Under the pieces are notes generated by a model that was given only the letters and a program-made list of their open reading frames with translations, did no database searches and was not told where the DNA came from. A stretch of 38,598 nt of DNA from Gammaproteobacteria bacterium (GTDB lineage Bacteria; Pseudomonadota; Gammaproteobacteria; BMS3Bbin11). The position numbers and the translations under genes were made by a program. This document shows positions 1 to 9,000 of the stretch, piece by piece. The stretch covers positions 1 through 38,598 of the forward strand of contig BTQX01000002.1 in assembly GCA_036986095.1 (NCBI GenBank), written 5' to 3'. Position 1 is the stretch's first letter. The number at the start of each line of letters is the position of its first letter.

Positions 1-719
1 AACTTGCTGCGCTGGCCGCGCTGGAAGCGGCTAAAAATCAACAGCTATACAACCTCAATCGCCTGATGAATATTCCTGCATCAACACAATTCACTTCCAG
101 ACTGAATTACAGTAAACAGGACGTCCCTTCCCGCAAGACATTGCACGATGAAGTATTCAATTACAGCCCATCACTTAGCAAGGCGTACGCCAGCAAAAAA
201 GTTGCCGAGAGCAACATCCAAATACAGCGTGATAACAAAAGGGACGTCATTGATATCATTGTCTCAGTGGGTGCCAGAGTAAAAACCGGACCCGCCGAAA
301 ATACTGATATCGACAAATCTGATCTTGCCGGTAAAGTAGGCCTGGAATATCGTGCCGCGCTGGACAAGCAGGGCCTTCATGCCACCTTGCAGCAGGCTCT
401 TTTAAGCAGAGATATCGCTGACAACCAGATCCGCCAGCTAGATATCGATCTGAACAATGAGATTGATCGTTTGCGTGGTTTGATTGATGATCAGAAAAAG
501 TCGATTACCAGTAACATCCGCCTTAAGCGGGCCGAACAAAAGAAATTCAATGAGGCAGTCTCCCGCTTTCGCACCGGGCGCACTACAACGGCTGATTTGA
601 TTATCTTTGAAGAAGATCTTTCCCTGGCGGAATCAGCACTGGCAAATTCACAGGTTGATCTTGTTAGTACACTGAATGAACTGGCGCGGTTGCGCGGGGT
701 TATTTGGGAAGACCTTTAA
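1..719 (+). CDS. Outer-membrane efflux factor (TolC/OMF family), C-terminal part; the 5' end lies upstream of the window
   Basis: The frame is open from nt 3 (LAALAALEAAKNQQLYNLNRLMNIP...), so the listed ATG at 66 is internal. The sequence has long Ala/Leu/Gln-rich helical repeats and a C-terminal ...AESALANSQVDLVSTLNELARLRG motif typical of OEP repeats. It sits 105 nt upstream of an RND pump gene on the same strand. Confidence 0.6.
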   Translation, partial: LAALAALEAAKNQQLYNLNRLMNIPASTQFTSRLNYSKQDVPSRKTLHDEVFNYSPSLSKAYASKKVAESNIQIQRDNKRDVIDIIVSVGARVKTGPAENTDIDKSDLAGKVGLEYRAALDKQGLHATLQQALLSRDIADNQIRQLDIDLNNEIDRLRGLIDDQKKSITSNIRLKRAEQKKFNEAVSRFRTGRTTTADLIIFEEDLSLAESALANSQVDLVSTLNELARLRGVIWEDL

Positions 720-723
720 CGGC

Positions 724-741
724 AGATGAAGGATGAAAGAT
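724..741 (+). repeat. 18-nt repeat AGATGAAGGATGAAAGAT, copy 1
   Basis: Identical 18-mer recurs at 3914-3931. Related units are GATTAAAGAT (746-755) and TCCTTAATC (793-801, 807-815) in the same spacer. Confidence 0.7.
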
Positions 742-824
742 GCGGGATTAAAGATAAAACCTGAACTACAACACTTGAAACTTATCACTTAGTCCTTAAT
801 CACGAGTCCTTAATCTGATTTTCT

Positions 825-3800
825 ATGCGAACAATAATAAAATTCCTCGTCAACCGCCCGCTGATCATAAACATGGTTTCCTTTTTTATGCTGGCGCTTG
901 GCCTGTATGCGGTGCTTGAAATCAATCGCGAAGCATTCCCAAATGTTAATCTTGATCGAATCCAGATTGATTTTGGCTACCCCGGGGCCTCACCTGAGGA
1001 AGTAGAACGGCTGATCGTCATACCGATAGAACAGCAGCTGAAATCAACCAGTGGCATCGACAAGATGACGTCAACCTCATTTCCCGGTTCAGGACGCATC
1101 AATCTGGAGATCGACCCGGAAGCGAGTAACCGTCAACGCATCGTCAGCGATGTACAACAGGCGGTTAATCAGGCGGACCTGCCCTCTGATCTGCCCTACG
1201 ACCCGTTTGTGACCGAGATCGATGGATCGGTGTTTCCTGTTATCAATCTGGCGGTCTCTGCCAAACGCAGCGACCTGGAGCTGCACCGTCTCGGCAAAGA
1301 TATGGTCGATGAGTTGCTGCAAATCGACGGGGTCGCCAGAGTCCTCGTTCAAGGGCAGCGCAAAGCTGAAATTCGGATTACTCTCAATCCTGAAAAGATG
1401 CGCAAGGAACGTATCGCTACCGGTGACGTGGTACGCGTCATCGAATCATGGAATGTCAGTGTCCCGGGCGGTGACCTGGAAACCAGTGAACAAAAATATA
1501 CAATACGAATTACGGGTGAACTGAAAGGCGCTGAAGATGCCGGTGAGCTGGTTTTACGATCAAATGAACGCGGCGATGCCCTGCGGCTTAAAGACATTGC
1601 AAGCATTACTGAAACACTGGAGAAACCCTCAAAAATTTATGATGTTCAGGGTCAGCCTGCCTTAGCCATCGTCATTCTTAAACAAACTAAAGCTGATATC
1701 ATTTCTACCGTCGATCGTATCCGTGACTATATTTCCACTGTTGCTGACAGACATGGCGCAGACATTCGTATTGATACCTATCAGGATTTCTCCCGTTTTA
1801 CCCGCCTGCGCCTGAGAGTACTGATCAATAATGGTATCGTGGGACTCTTCCTGGTACTGACTTCACTGGTTCTTTTTCTGCGCCCCTCTGTCGCCTTTAC
1901 CACCACTCTCGGCCTGCCAATTGTCTTCTCCATCGGTCTGTTTTCCCTGTATACAGCGGGGATCACCTTAAATCTGGTCTCTATGCTCGGCTTCATCATG
2001 GTATTGGGCATGCTGGTCGATGACGCCATCATTGTTGGTGAAAATATTACCTGGCATATGGAAAGAGGGAAAAATCCAATTGCTGCCGCGGTAGATGGTT
2101 CGATTGAAATCATCGGACCGGTAAGCGCAACCATACTGACCACAGTGGTAGCTTTCGGCCCATTGATGTTCATGGAGGGCATCATCGGAAAATTTATTAT
2201 TGCGGTGCCGATTGTTGTCATCACGCTGTTGTTATACTCCTGGCTGGAGGCCTTTCTGATCCTGCCGGGTCATGTCGCCCATTTTGCCAGTCCCGATAAA
2301 CACCCCGAGGAACGTCACTGGATTACCGCCATAGAGAACACCTATCTTGCCATCCTCAGACAGGCCATACGATTCCGCTGGATTACCGTCATCCTTGCCT
2401 TACTGCTGTTATTCGGTAGCTTTTATCTGGCCGCAACAAGGATGTCTTTCCAGCTTTTTCCTGCCGCCGGTATTGACCAGTATACGGTTCGTGTTACCGC
2501 TGCTGCCGGTACGCGCCTTGATGTCATGCGGGCGAAGATGATCGAGATAGACAAAGCCATCAGGGAGCGCACTGACGACACGGTACTGGAAACCACGCTG
2601 ATCAGTACTGGACAGATCGCTATCGATACCGGTGATCCTCTGACCCAGCGCGGTGCGCGATTTGGTCAGATCTCTGTCATCTATCAGCCTGCCATCTCAC
2701 GTGAAGGCCATAATGTCATGGTGGATATGCGGAAAATTGAGAAAGAGGTTACACCGCTATTCCCTGAGATGAAGCTGGCCTTTGCGGAGCTAAAACCGGG
2801 TCCGCCAGCCGGACGCGCGCTACAGGTAGAGATTTCACAGGGAGAAAATGCCGACACCAAAAAAGCCTCTGAGCAATTGATGGAATACCTGAAAGGCATC
2901 GATGGTGTCACCTCCATAGAAAGCGGCTCCCAGGCTGGTGATGAATCACTCCATGTAGTGGTCAACCGGGCACTGGCCACCTATGCCGGAGTGTCATTAA
3001 GTACCATAGCCTCGCATGTGCGTGCCGCTGTGGGTGGACTCAGGGTCGCAACCACACGGCGTGGTACCGAGGAAATTGACATCACCGTTCGCTACCCGGC
3101 AAATCCGGCCAAACAGCGCGAGTATCTGGAGAATCTTCTAATATCTAATACCCGCGGCGGCCTGATACCCCTGAAAGAGATCGCCAGACTCGAAGAACAG
3201 CCGGGCTTTACCACTATTCGACACAAGGAAGGTATACGCGTCATCCACGTTGTGGCAAATATCGACAACGATATAATTACCAGTTCGGCACTGAACAGCC
3301 TGGTAGCGAAAGATGAACTGAAATGGCTGGGTAATCTACAGGACAAGGTCGTCGTTAATTATGGTGGCGAAGAAGAGAAAAACCAGGAATCCGTCAAGGG
3401 ACTGATACAGTCCCTGGTATTCGCTATGCTGGGGATATATATCATCCTGGCCATCCAGTTCAATCGCTTCAGTTACCCCTTCTATGTCATGCTGGCCATT
3501 CCTTTCGGAGCCATTGGCATCATCATCGGCTTCTATCTGCATGACATGTACTGGCGACCTTTGCCATTGTCATTCTTCGCCCTGTTGGGCGGTGTGGCAC
3601 TGACCGGCGTAGTCGTTAACAGTTCACTGGTGCTGCTGGTCTTTGTCCAGCGTGCTATTGAACAGGGAATGAATACCTTCGATGCCATCATGGAGGCAGG
3701 TCGCCGTCGCTTACGGGCCGTGATACTGACTGCTACCACCACCGTAGTGGGGCTGTTGCCAACCGCCTACGGCTGGGGCGGCATGGATCCATTTGTGTCA

Positions 3801-3926
3801 CCGATGGCACTGGCACTGTCTTGGGGTTTGATCTTTTCGACTTTAATAACCTTAATCGTGATTCCGGCAGCTTTTGCTATTGGAAGGGTTGGGAAAAAGG
3901 CGAAGACGACTGAAGATGAAGGATGA
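825..3926 (+). CDS. RND family efflux transporter permease (AcrB/CzcA-like)
   Basis: 1033 aa. Topology is one TM segment, a large loop and a TM cluster, repeated twice. The TM4 proton-relay motif GMLVDDAIIVGENI matches the AcrB-family LVDDAIVV signature. It follows an OMF gene. Confidence 0.9.
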   Translation: MRTIIKFLVNRPLIINMVSFFMLALGLYAVLEINREAFPNVNLDRIQIDFGYPGASPEEVERLIVIPIEQQLKSTSGIDKMTSTSFPGSGRINLEIDPEASNRQRIVSDVQQAVNQADLPSDLPYDPFVTEIDGSVFPVINLAVSAKRSDLELHRLGKDMVDELLQIDGVARVLVQGQRKAEIRITLNPEKMRKERIATGDVVRVIESWNVSVPGGDLETSEQKYTIRITGELKGAEDAGELVLRSNERGDALRLKDIASITETLEKPSKIYDVQGQPALAIVILKQTKADIISTVDRIRDYISTVADRHGADIRIDTYQDFSRFTRLRLRVLINNGIVGLFLVLTSLVLFLRPSVAFTTTLGLPIVFSIGLFSLYTAGITLNLVSMLGFIMVLGMLVDDAIIVGENITWHMERGKNPIAAAVDGSIEIIGPVSATILTTVVAFGPLMFMEGIIGKFIIAVPIVVITLLLYSWLEAFLILPGHVAHFASPDKHPEERHWITAIENTYLAILRQAIRFRWITVILALLLLFGSFYLAATRMSFQLFPAAGIDQYTVRVTAAAGTRLDVMRAKMIEIDKAIRERTDDTVLETTLISTGQIAIDTGDPLTQRGARFGQISVIYQPAISREGHNVMVDMRKIEKEVTPLFPEMKLAFAELKPGPPAGRALQVEISQGENADTKKASEQLMEYLKGIDGVTSIESGSQAGDESLHVVVNRALATYAGVSLSTIASHVRAAVGGLRVATTRRGTEEIDITVRYPANPAKQREYLENLLISNTRGGLIPLKEIARLEEQPGFTTIRHKEGIRVIHVVANIDNDIITSSALNSLVAKDELKWLGNLQDKVVVNYGGEEEKNQESVKGLIQSLVFAMLGIYIILAIQFNRFSYPFYVMLAIPFGAIGIIIGFYLHDMYWRPLPLSFFALLGGVALTGVVVNSSLVLLVFVQRAIEQGMNTFDAIMEAGRRRLRAVILTATTTVVGLLPTAYGWGGMDPFVSPMALALSWGLIFSTLITLIVIPAAFAIGRVGKKAKTTEDEG

Positions 3927-3994
3927 AAGATAAAGGATAAAGAAAATCAGCCAGAGTCCATCTAGGCCGCTAATATCTTTAATCTTTCATCCTT
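3914..3994. repeat. 18-nt repeat copy 2 (3914-3931) plus an inverted 13-nt copy (3982-3994), forming a long-loop inverted repeat between convergent genes
   Basis: AAGGATGAAAGAT at 3919-3931 is the exact reverse complement of ATCTTTCATCCTT at 3982-3994. The first copy encodes the last residues and the stop codon of the RND gene (T E D E G stop). Confidence 0.6.
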
Positions 3995-4011
3995 AATCTT
4001 TTGTCTATGGT

Positions 4012-4752
4012 CTATGGTCTTTGCGAAGCAAATACCCTCAACCCCTGCAGTACCAGATCTGGCTGTAAAACAACTGGCATTGTCAGATACGGTACCAGTT
4101 TCTCCGCATCCCCGCCTGTCATATAAATAACGGGTATCCTGTCAATCTCTGATGACTGATCTCTGACCACCCTCTCTATCCCACCAGCAAGGCCAAATAG
4201 AACACCGGCCTGCACAGCCTTCTCTGTTGATAGCGCGGTAGCATTAGCGACAGTGCTTGTGTCGCTAATCTCTTCAACGGCATCAGTATCAGCCCTTAGA
4301 CTTTGAAAAGCCGTATTCAAACCAGGCATGATGACACCACCGACAAAGAGACCCCTGGCATTGACTAAATCGATAGTAACCGCTGTTCCACAGTCTACGA
4401 CGATTACCGGGTCTTGCGTCATTCGATACGCTGCCAGCATCGCCATCCAACGGTCAACACCAAGTTGCTCCAGCTTACGGTAACTGTTTGTCAGGCCGCA
4501 ACAGCTCTGGCTACTGACTATAAATTCCGTATCAAGCTGCCATAGCTCAGCTACTGCTTTTCTTATTTCACTGGCAACACTTTCCCCCGCCACATTCGAG
4601 ACAATCGCCCGAGCAGGGACATCGCAGTTTGCCCATTTTTCGTGCAAACTGGAGACAGCAATTGTGAGACACTGACCTCCTATGATGAACGATTCATCCG
4701 TTGCCAACGCCCACTTTATAAAGCTGTTGCCACTGTCGATGAGTAGGTTCAT
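4012..4752 (-). CDS. coaX: Type III pantothenate kinase
   Basis: N-terminal LLIDSGNSFIKW (DxGNS phosphate-1 motif), VVDCGTAVTID (DxGTAxT motif) and a C-terminal MTGGDA motif. The start overlaps the birA stop (ATGA, 4749-4752). birA-coaX linkage is common in proteobacteria. Confidence 0.85.
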   Translation of the reverse strand: MNLLIDSGNSFIKWALATDESFIIGGQCLTIAVSSLHEKWANCDVPARAIVSNVAGESVASEIRKAVAELWQLDTEFIVSSQSCCGLTNSYRKLEQLGVDRWMAMLAAYRMTQDPVIVVDCGTAVTIDLVNARGLFVGGVIMPGLNTAFQSLRADTDAVEEISDTSTVANATALSTEKAVQAGVLFGLAGGIERVVRDQSSEIDRIPVIYMTGGDAEKLVPYLTMPVVLQPDLVLQGLRVFASQRP

Positions 4753-5732
4753 AAAACCAACCTCAGGCTGACATCACCCGACAAAAATCTGCTGAATGGC
4801 TCTTTCCCTTCATCCAGCAACAAGGCACCAAACTCATCAATACCCATCGCGATACCTGAAAAAGATGCTTCACCTCTAATCACCTTAACTTCTCTGTTGT
4901 AGAGGCAGTCGTAATCTGTCCATAAGTGCTGAAAACTTTCAAAACCTGAAGAGGTATACGTTTCAAACAGTTCTGTCAGCGCACGAATCAGATCTATTAC
5001 AAGAGAATTGCGGTCAATGGCATTCTTCGTGATTTGCTCAAGACTAACACAAGCCTGATCAATACTTTTTTGATCTTCTTCAGACAAAGCAAGATTTAAA
5101 CCCAGGCCCAGTACAGCAAGGCAGGGCCCATCGTGTTCACCTCGCACATCAATCAACAAACCACCCAGCTTGCTATCGTTCCAGACTATATCATTTGGCC
5201 ACTTGAGCCCTATGTCTCTGTCCAACCCAGCCTCATGCATTGTCCTGGCTATTGTTATCCCTGCTGCTATACCCAGTCCCGAGAGGCCTGCCATACCCTC
5301 ATCAAAGCACCAGCCCATGGAGAGTATAATATTCCGGTAGGGAGTAGCATGCCATTCTCTCTGACGTCGCCCTCTGCCGCTATTCTGGCATTCTGCGAGA
5401 CAGACAGCCCGGTTGATATCTCTAGATCCTGATTGCTGAAGAAGATAGTCACTGGTGGATTCGATTTGCTGCAAAATCTCTATATGACTGTTCAGGGAAG
5501 CAGTTTCACTCAATGCTGAGCAAATCACTTCCTTATCAAGCAATTGTATTGGAGACTCTAACTGGTACCCTTTACCTGACACTGCCGTTATATTCAATCC
5601 ACGCTGATTAAGACCTTTTATTGCTTTGGAGACGGCCATGCGGCTGATGCCCAGTGTTTGGCCTATTAATTCACCTGATAGAGAATTCCCGCTGGCAAGC
5701 ATATCCAGCACCTGAAGCGATGTTTTTGACAT
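4749..5732 (-). CDS. birA: Bifunctional biotin-[acetyl-CoA-carboxylase] ligase / biotin operon repressor
   Basis: N-terminal wHTH (GQTLGISRMAVSKAIKGLNQRGL) and the biotin-binding loop GRGRRQREW (E. coli BirA has GRGRRGRKW). 327 aa, typical of class II BirA. Confidence 0.9.
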   Translation of the reverse strand: MSKTSLQVLDMLASGNSLSGELIGQTLGISRMAVSKAIKGLNQRGLNITAVSGKGYQLESPIQLLDKEVICSALSETASLNSHIEILQQIESTSDYLLQQSGSRDINRAVCLAECQNSGRGRRQREWHATPYRNIILSMGWCFDEGMAGLSGLGIAAGITIARTMHEAGLDRDIGLKWPNDIVWNDSKLGGLLIDVRGEHDGPCLAVLGLGLNLALSEEDQKSIDQACVSLEQITKNAIDRNSLVIDLIRALTELFETYTSSGFESFQHLWTDYDCLYNREVKVIRGEASFSGIAMGIDEFGALLLDEGKEPFSRFLSGDVSLRLVL

Positions 5733-5741
5733 GGGTTTTAT

Positions 5742-5906
5742 TATAGGGCACCTCTATTACACATGAATATTCATCTCACATACAAAATCGTCCATCTCTG
5801 CGTTAAGAATCTTCGCAATAGCTAACTATTACGTGCGATCCTTGCCTTGATATGAACAATTTTGCATGCAATCTGATCTATCCATAATTAATAGAGGTGC
5901 CCTATA
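5742..5906. repeat. 165-bp element bounded by perfect 18-bp terminal inverted repeats (TATAGGGCACCTCTATTA), MITE-like
   Basis: 5742-5759 is the exact reverse complement of 5889-5906. The interior carries short palindromes (ATGAATATTCAT, TTGCATGCAA). A solo copy of the terminus is at 26945-26962. Confidence 0.55.
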
Positions 5907-6015
5907 GAGTGAATGGACAGAGACAAGCGCCAGGTTTAACGACTCATGATATTTTAACACCTTCATGGATCCCGAGAGAGTATTCAGCTATCCGTTTTTG
6001 GATTAGAATCTTAGT

Positions 6016-7605
6016 ATGGTAAGAAATAAAATAATTCACCTGATCTGGCCTCCTCTTTTAATTTATCTTGTTTACCTGTTATCGAAACTAGTCTGGTACG
6101 ATAGTCTGTCAAGCCTGGCCAATGACAGCGTACATTATCTGGTAATGGCGAGGCATTACTCTCCCTGGGCAAGCGAATCAAACGCTATTGCGTCAGCCTG
6201 GCTGCTACAGGATTTTCCACCATTTTTCCCCTGGTTACTGGCATTTTCGGGAGCGGCTCACTCATTGTTATATGCTCATCTGCTCGTCGCAGTGATGGGG
6301 CTGGTCAGCTTGTATTTCTATTATTTGTTGGCGTGCCAATGGCTGAATGATCGGGTGCTGGCAATTTTTCCGCTGCTAGTTTTTTCCTTATCGCCTGGAT
6401 TCCTGCTGGGCCTGCAGGGAATATTAAGCGAGTCCTTATATCTATTGCTAGTACTTATTTTTTTACTGGTATACACAGCTGAGAGAAAAAGATCTGGTGG
6501 CCAGCTCATTCTGGTAATTTTATTACTCGCCGCCATTATGCTGACGCGTACGACTGGCATAGTATTGGGCCTGGCTATAGTGGCACAGTCATTTTTCGCC
6601 AGTATTGCGCAAAAAAGGCTTCAATTTCAACCAGCCCTGATCGTGGTGGCATCCCTGGTACTTTATTTATTATTGATGGCACTATGGGGACCAGTAAAAC
6701 AAAGCCATTATCTGGGTATATTAATTCAATACATTTCCGGTGTAGATTTGTATGCCTCGGGCAGTGATACCCCTGTTCATTTTTCTCTAATGACACAGCT
6801 AAAATACCAGCTGGAGTCCTGGGCAAGTTTCTGGCTGATACACTGGAAAACAGACGTATTCTCAGTTTCCTATTTTGTCATACTACTGCTAGCTCTAGCG
6901 TCCCTGTCAGGACTTTTTCTACGCCTGCTCAAGAACAAATATGATGCCTGGTATGTACTTTTCTTTGTTTTGATATTGCTAGTCTGGCCATACCCCGGAC
7001 AGTTATTTCGCCTGGTCTTCCCGATTATGCCACTGCTGCTGATCTACGCGGGTTATGCAATCAAGAAACTGCTGGAGCTGAAAAAAGAGAATAAGAAGAA
7101 AGGACTCGTACTGGCCAGTTTCTATCTGATTGTTTTAGCGGCGACTCTGCCCTCTCATGCATTCATTCATGCACGGCTGGCTCTAGCCTCTGGGAAACAG
7201 CTGGTTCCTGTCTATGAAATTTTTCGCCAGCCAAGTCAATACGTGGCATCTAAACAGCTGACACTGCAAAATCAGATGCTAAAAGATTTTATATATGTAA
7301 AAGACACCGTTCCAGAAGATGAAAAGCTGTTGTACTTCAAACCCTCATATCTCGCTGTATTGAGCGACAGAACAGGTGTGACAGCCCCTTCGCCGATTGA
7401 TGAGGCCAGTTACCGTTCACTCTCAAACAGCTCGGGCGCCCGTTATATTTTCCTGACCCGGCTTCATCCCCGAAATACGCGTCTGGGATACAGCGGATTT
7501 CAGGGCATAGAACATCTGGATGGATGGACGAAGTTAGTCTGGTGCAGTCAACTTGCTGATGGGGACCTTGCTTCATGCCTGTTTAGGATTGAGCCTGCAC
7601 TATGA
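6016..7605 (+). CDS. Polytopic membrane protein, probable GT-C fold glycosyltransferase (ArnT/PMT-like)
   Basis: 529 aa with about 10 or more hydrophobic segments in the first 390 aa and a soluble C-terminal domain. It is convergent with a DPM1-like GT2 gene. No specific catalytic motif could be verified by eye. Confidence 0.5.
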   Translation: MVRNKIIHLIWPPLLIYLVYLLSKLVWYDSLSSLANDSVHYLVMARHYSPWASESNAIASAWLLQDFPPFFPWLLAFSGAAHSLLYAHLLVAVMGLVSLYFYYLLACQWLNDRVLAIFPLLVFSLSPGFLLGLQGILSESLYLLLVLIFLLVYTAERKRSGGQLILVILLLAAIMLTRTTGIVLGLAIVAQSFFASIAQKRLQFQPALIVVASLVLYLLLMALWGPVKQSHYLGILIQYISGVDLYASGSDTPVHFSLMTQLKYQLESWASFWLIHWKTDVFSVSYFVILLLALASLSGLFLRLLKNKYDAWYVLFFVLILLVWPYPGQLFRLVFPIMPLLLIYAGYAIKKLLELKKENKKKGLVLASFYLIVLAATLPSHAFIHARLALASGKQLVPVYEIFRQPSQYVASKQLTLQNQMLKDFIYVKDTVPEDEKLLYFKPSYLAVLSDRTGVTAPSPIDEASYRSLSNSSGARYIFLTRLHPRNTRLGYSGFQGIEHLDGWTKLVWCSQLADGDLASCLFRIEPAL

Positions 7606-7626
7606 AGTGCCTTAAGGAGTCCGTAG

Positions 7627-8337
7627 TCAACGTGCCCAAATATTATATTTAAGAATACACCAGATTGCCGCAATTCCGTCTTTCCAGTCTATCTTCTTTC
7701 CTTCTTCGTAGGTTCTGCCGTAATAGCTGATACCCACCTCATAGATTCGTAATCTGGGCTTATAGGCGGCTAACTTTGCAGTTACTTCAGGTTCAAAACC
7801 AAAGCGATCTTCGTTGATTTTAATATTCTGGATGATGTCCCTACGGAAAACCTTGTAACAGGTTTCCATATCAGTCAGATTCAGATTGGTCATCATATTT
7901 GAAAATAGCGTGAGAAACTTATTTCCCATACTATGCCAGAAATAAAGTATGCGCTCAGCCTGTGCACCCTTAAAACGTGAACCGTAAACAATATCAGCAA
8001 CACCATCCTCAAAAGGTTTTATCAAACCAGGGTATTCTCCCGGGTCATACTCAAGATCGGCATCCTGGATGATAACAATATCACCAGTCGCATGAGATAT
8101 CCCCGTTCTTAATGCCGCTCCTTTGCCCTGATTTTTATCATGATGGAATATTTCTATTTCAGACTGTTCCTTGTATTGTTCAAGCACAGCGAGTGTCCCA
8201 TCAGTGGAGAAGTCATCAATAACAATGATTTCTTTTTGGTAGGGTATCGGAGCATTGATAACTGCCGTTATCAAATCATGTATAGTTTCTGCTTCGTTGT
8301 AACAGGGGATAATGATAGAAATGGCCTTTATTTTCAT
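7627..8337 (-). CDS. GT2 glycosyltransferase, dolichyl/polyprenyl-phosphate hexose synthase-like (DPM1/Ppm1-like)
   Basis: [27 protein letters not shown] and the DxD-type motif [11 protein letters not shown] place the start at Met43 of the listed ORF (ATG 8337), which gives the canonical GT2 N-terminus. The listed upstream extension has no GT2 counterpart. Confidence 0.8.
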   Translation of the reverse strand: MKIKAISIIIPCYNEAETIHDLITAVINAPIPYQKEIIVIDDFSTDGTLAVLEQYKEQSEIEIFHHDKNQGKGAALRTGISHATGDIVIIQDADLEYDPGEYPGLIKPFEDGVADIVYGSRFKGAQAERILYFWHSMGNKFLTLFSNMMTNLNLTDMETCYKVFRRDIIQNIKINEDRFGFEPEVTAKLAAYKPRLRIYEVGISYYGRTYEEGKKIDWKDGIAAIWCILKYNIWAR

Positions 8338-8476
8338 GATCAATGCTTTGGTATGAGACGTAAGAACAAAATATATTATATTACAACCTGAAAACCCAAC
8401 AGAAGTAACAAATACTTGCGACATGTAATAAAAATCTGCACAATTCGCCGAGGTTCTGGACAACAGGCAGTAGAGA

Positions 8477-8986
8477 ATGAACGATCAAAATAACGCAGAC
8501 ATTATCAAGATCGGTGTCGTCATGGGCAGTGATAGTGACTGGGATGTGATGCAGCATGCCTGCCGCACGCTTGACGAGTTTTCTATTCCCTATGAGCCTC
8601 AGATTATTTCTGCTCATAGAACCCCGGACCTTCTGTATCAGTATGCTGAATCAGCCATCGACAGAGGACTGCAGGCAATCATTGCAGGTGCTGGCGGTGC
8701 TGCACACCTGCCAGGCATGCTGGCGGCAAAAACGACACTTCCAGTGCTAGGCGTTCCCGTCAACAGTCGCCACCTTAAAGGCATGGATTCACTGCTATCT
8801 ATTGTACAAATGCCAGCGGGCATACCGGTGGCTACCTTTGCTATCGGCCAGGCCGGTGCCAGGAATGCGGCGCTATTCGCTGTCTCTATCCTGGCTGCAT
8901 CGGATCAGGGATTGATGCAGAAGTTGATTGATTTCAGACAGGCTCAAACCGATAAAATCATCGCACACAGCCTGCCTGCCCTCTAA
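8477..8986 (+). CDS. purE: N5-carboxyaminoimidazole ribonucleotide mutase
   Basis: 169 aa with VMGSDSDW and [10 protein letters not shown] motifs. Adjacent purK indicates a class I PurE. Confidence 0.95.
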   Translation: MNDQNNADIIKIGVVMGSDSDWDVMQHACRTLDEFSIPYEPQIISAHRTPDLLYQYAESAIDRGLQAIIAGAGGAAHLPGMLAAKTTLPVLGVPVNSRHLKGMDSLLSIVQMPAGIPVATFAIGQAGARNAALFAVSILAASDQGLMQKLIDFRQAQTDKIIAHSLPAL

Positions 8987-9000
8987 GAATTGATTCAATA

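Noticed and set aside
1089-3742. Multiple 60-147-aa ORFs antisense or out of frame within the RND gene, and similar ones inside birA, purK, pilR, the GT-C genes and others
   Set aside because: All are nested in long, well-supported genes, lack motifs, and are typical shadow ORFs.
5742-5906. The inverted repeat upstream of birA as a BirA/bio operator
   Set aside because: The arms are about 130 bp apart, unlike the compact bioO palindrome. The same terminus recurs in an unrelated spacer at 26945-26962, which fits a repeat element better.
8338-8463. 42-codon N-terminal extension of the DPM1-like GT2
   Set aside because: GT2 enzymes of this class begin a few residues before the IIPxYNE strand. 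The extension would also occupy the divergent purE promoter region.
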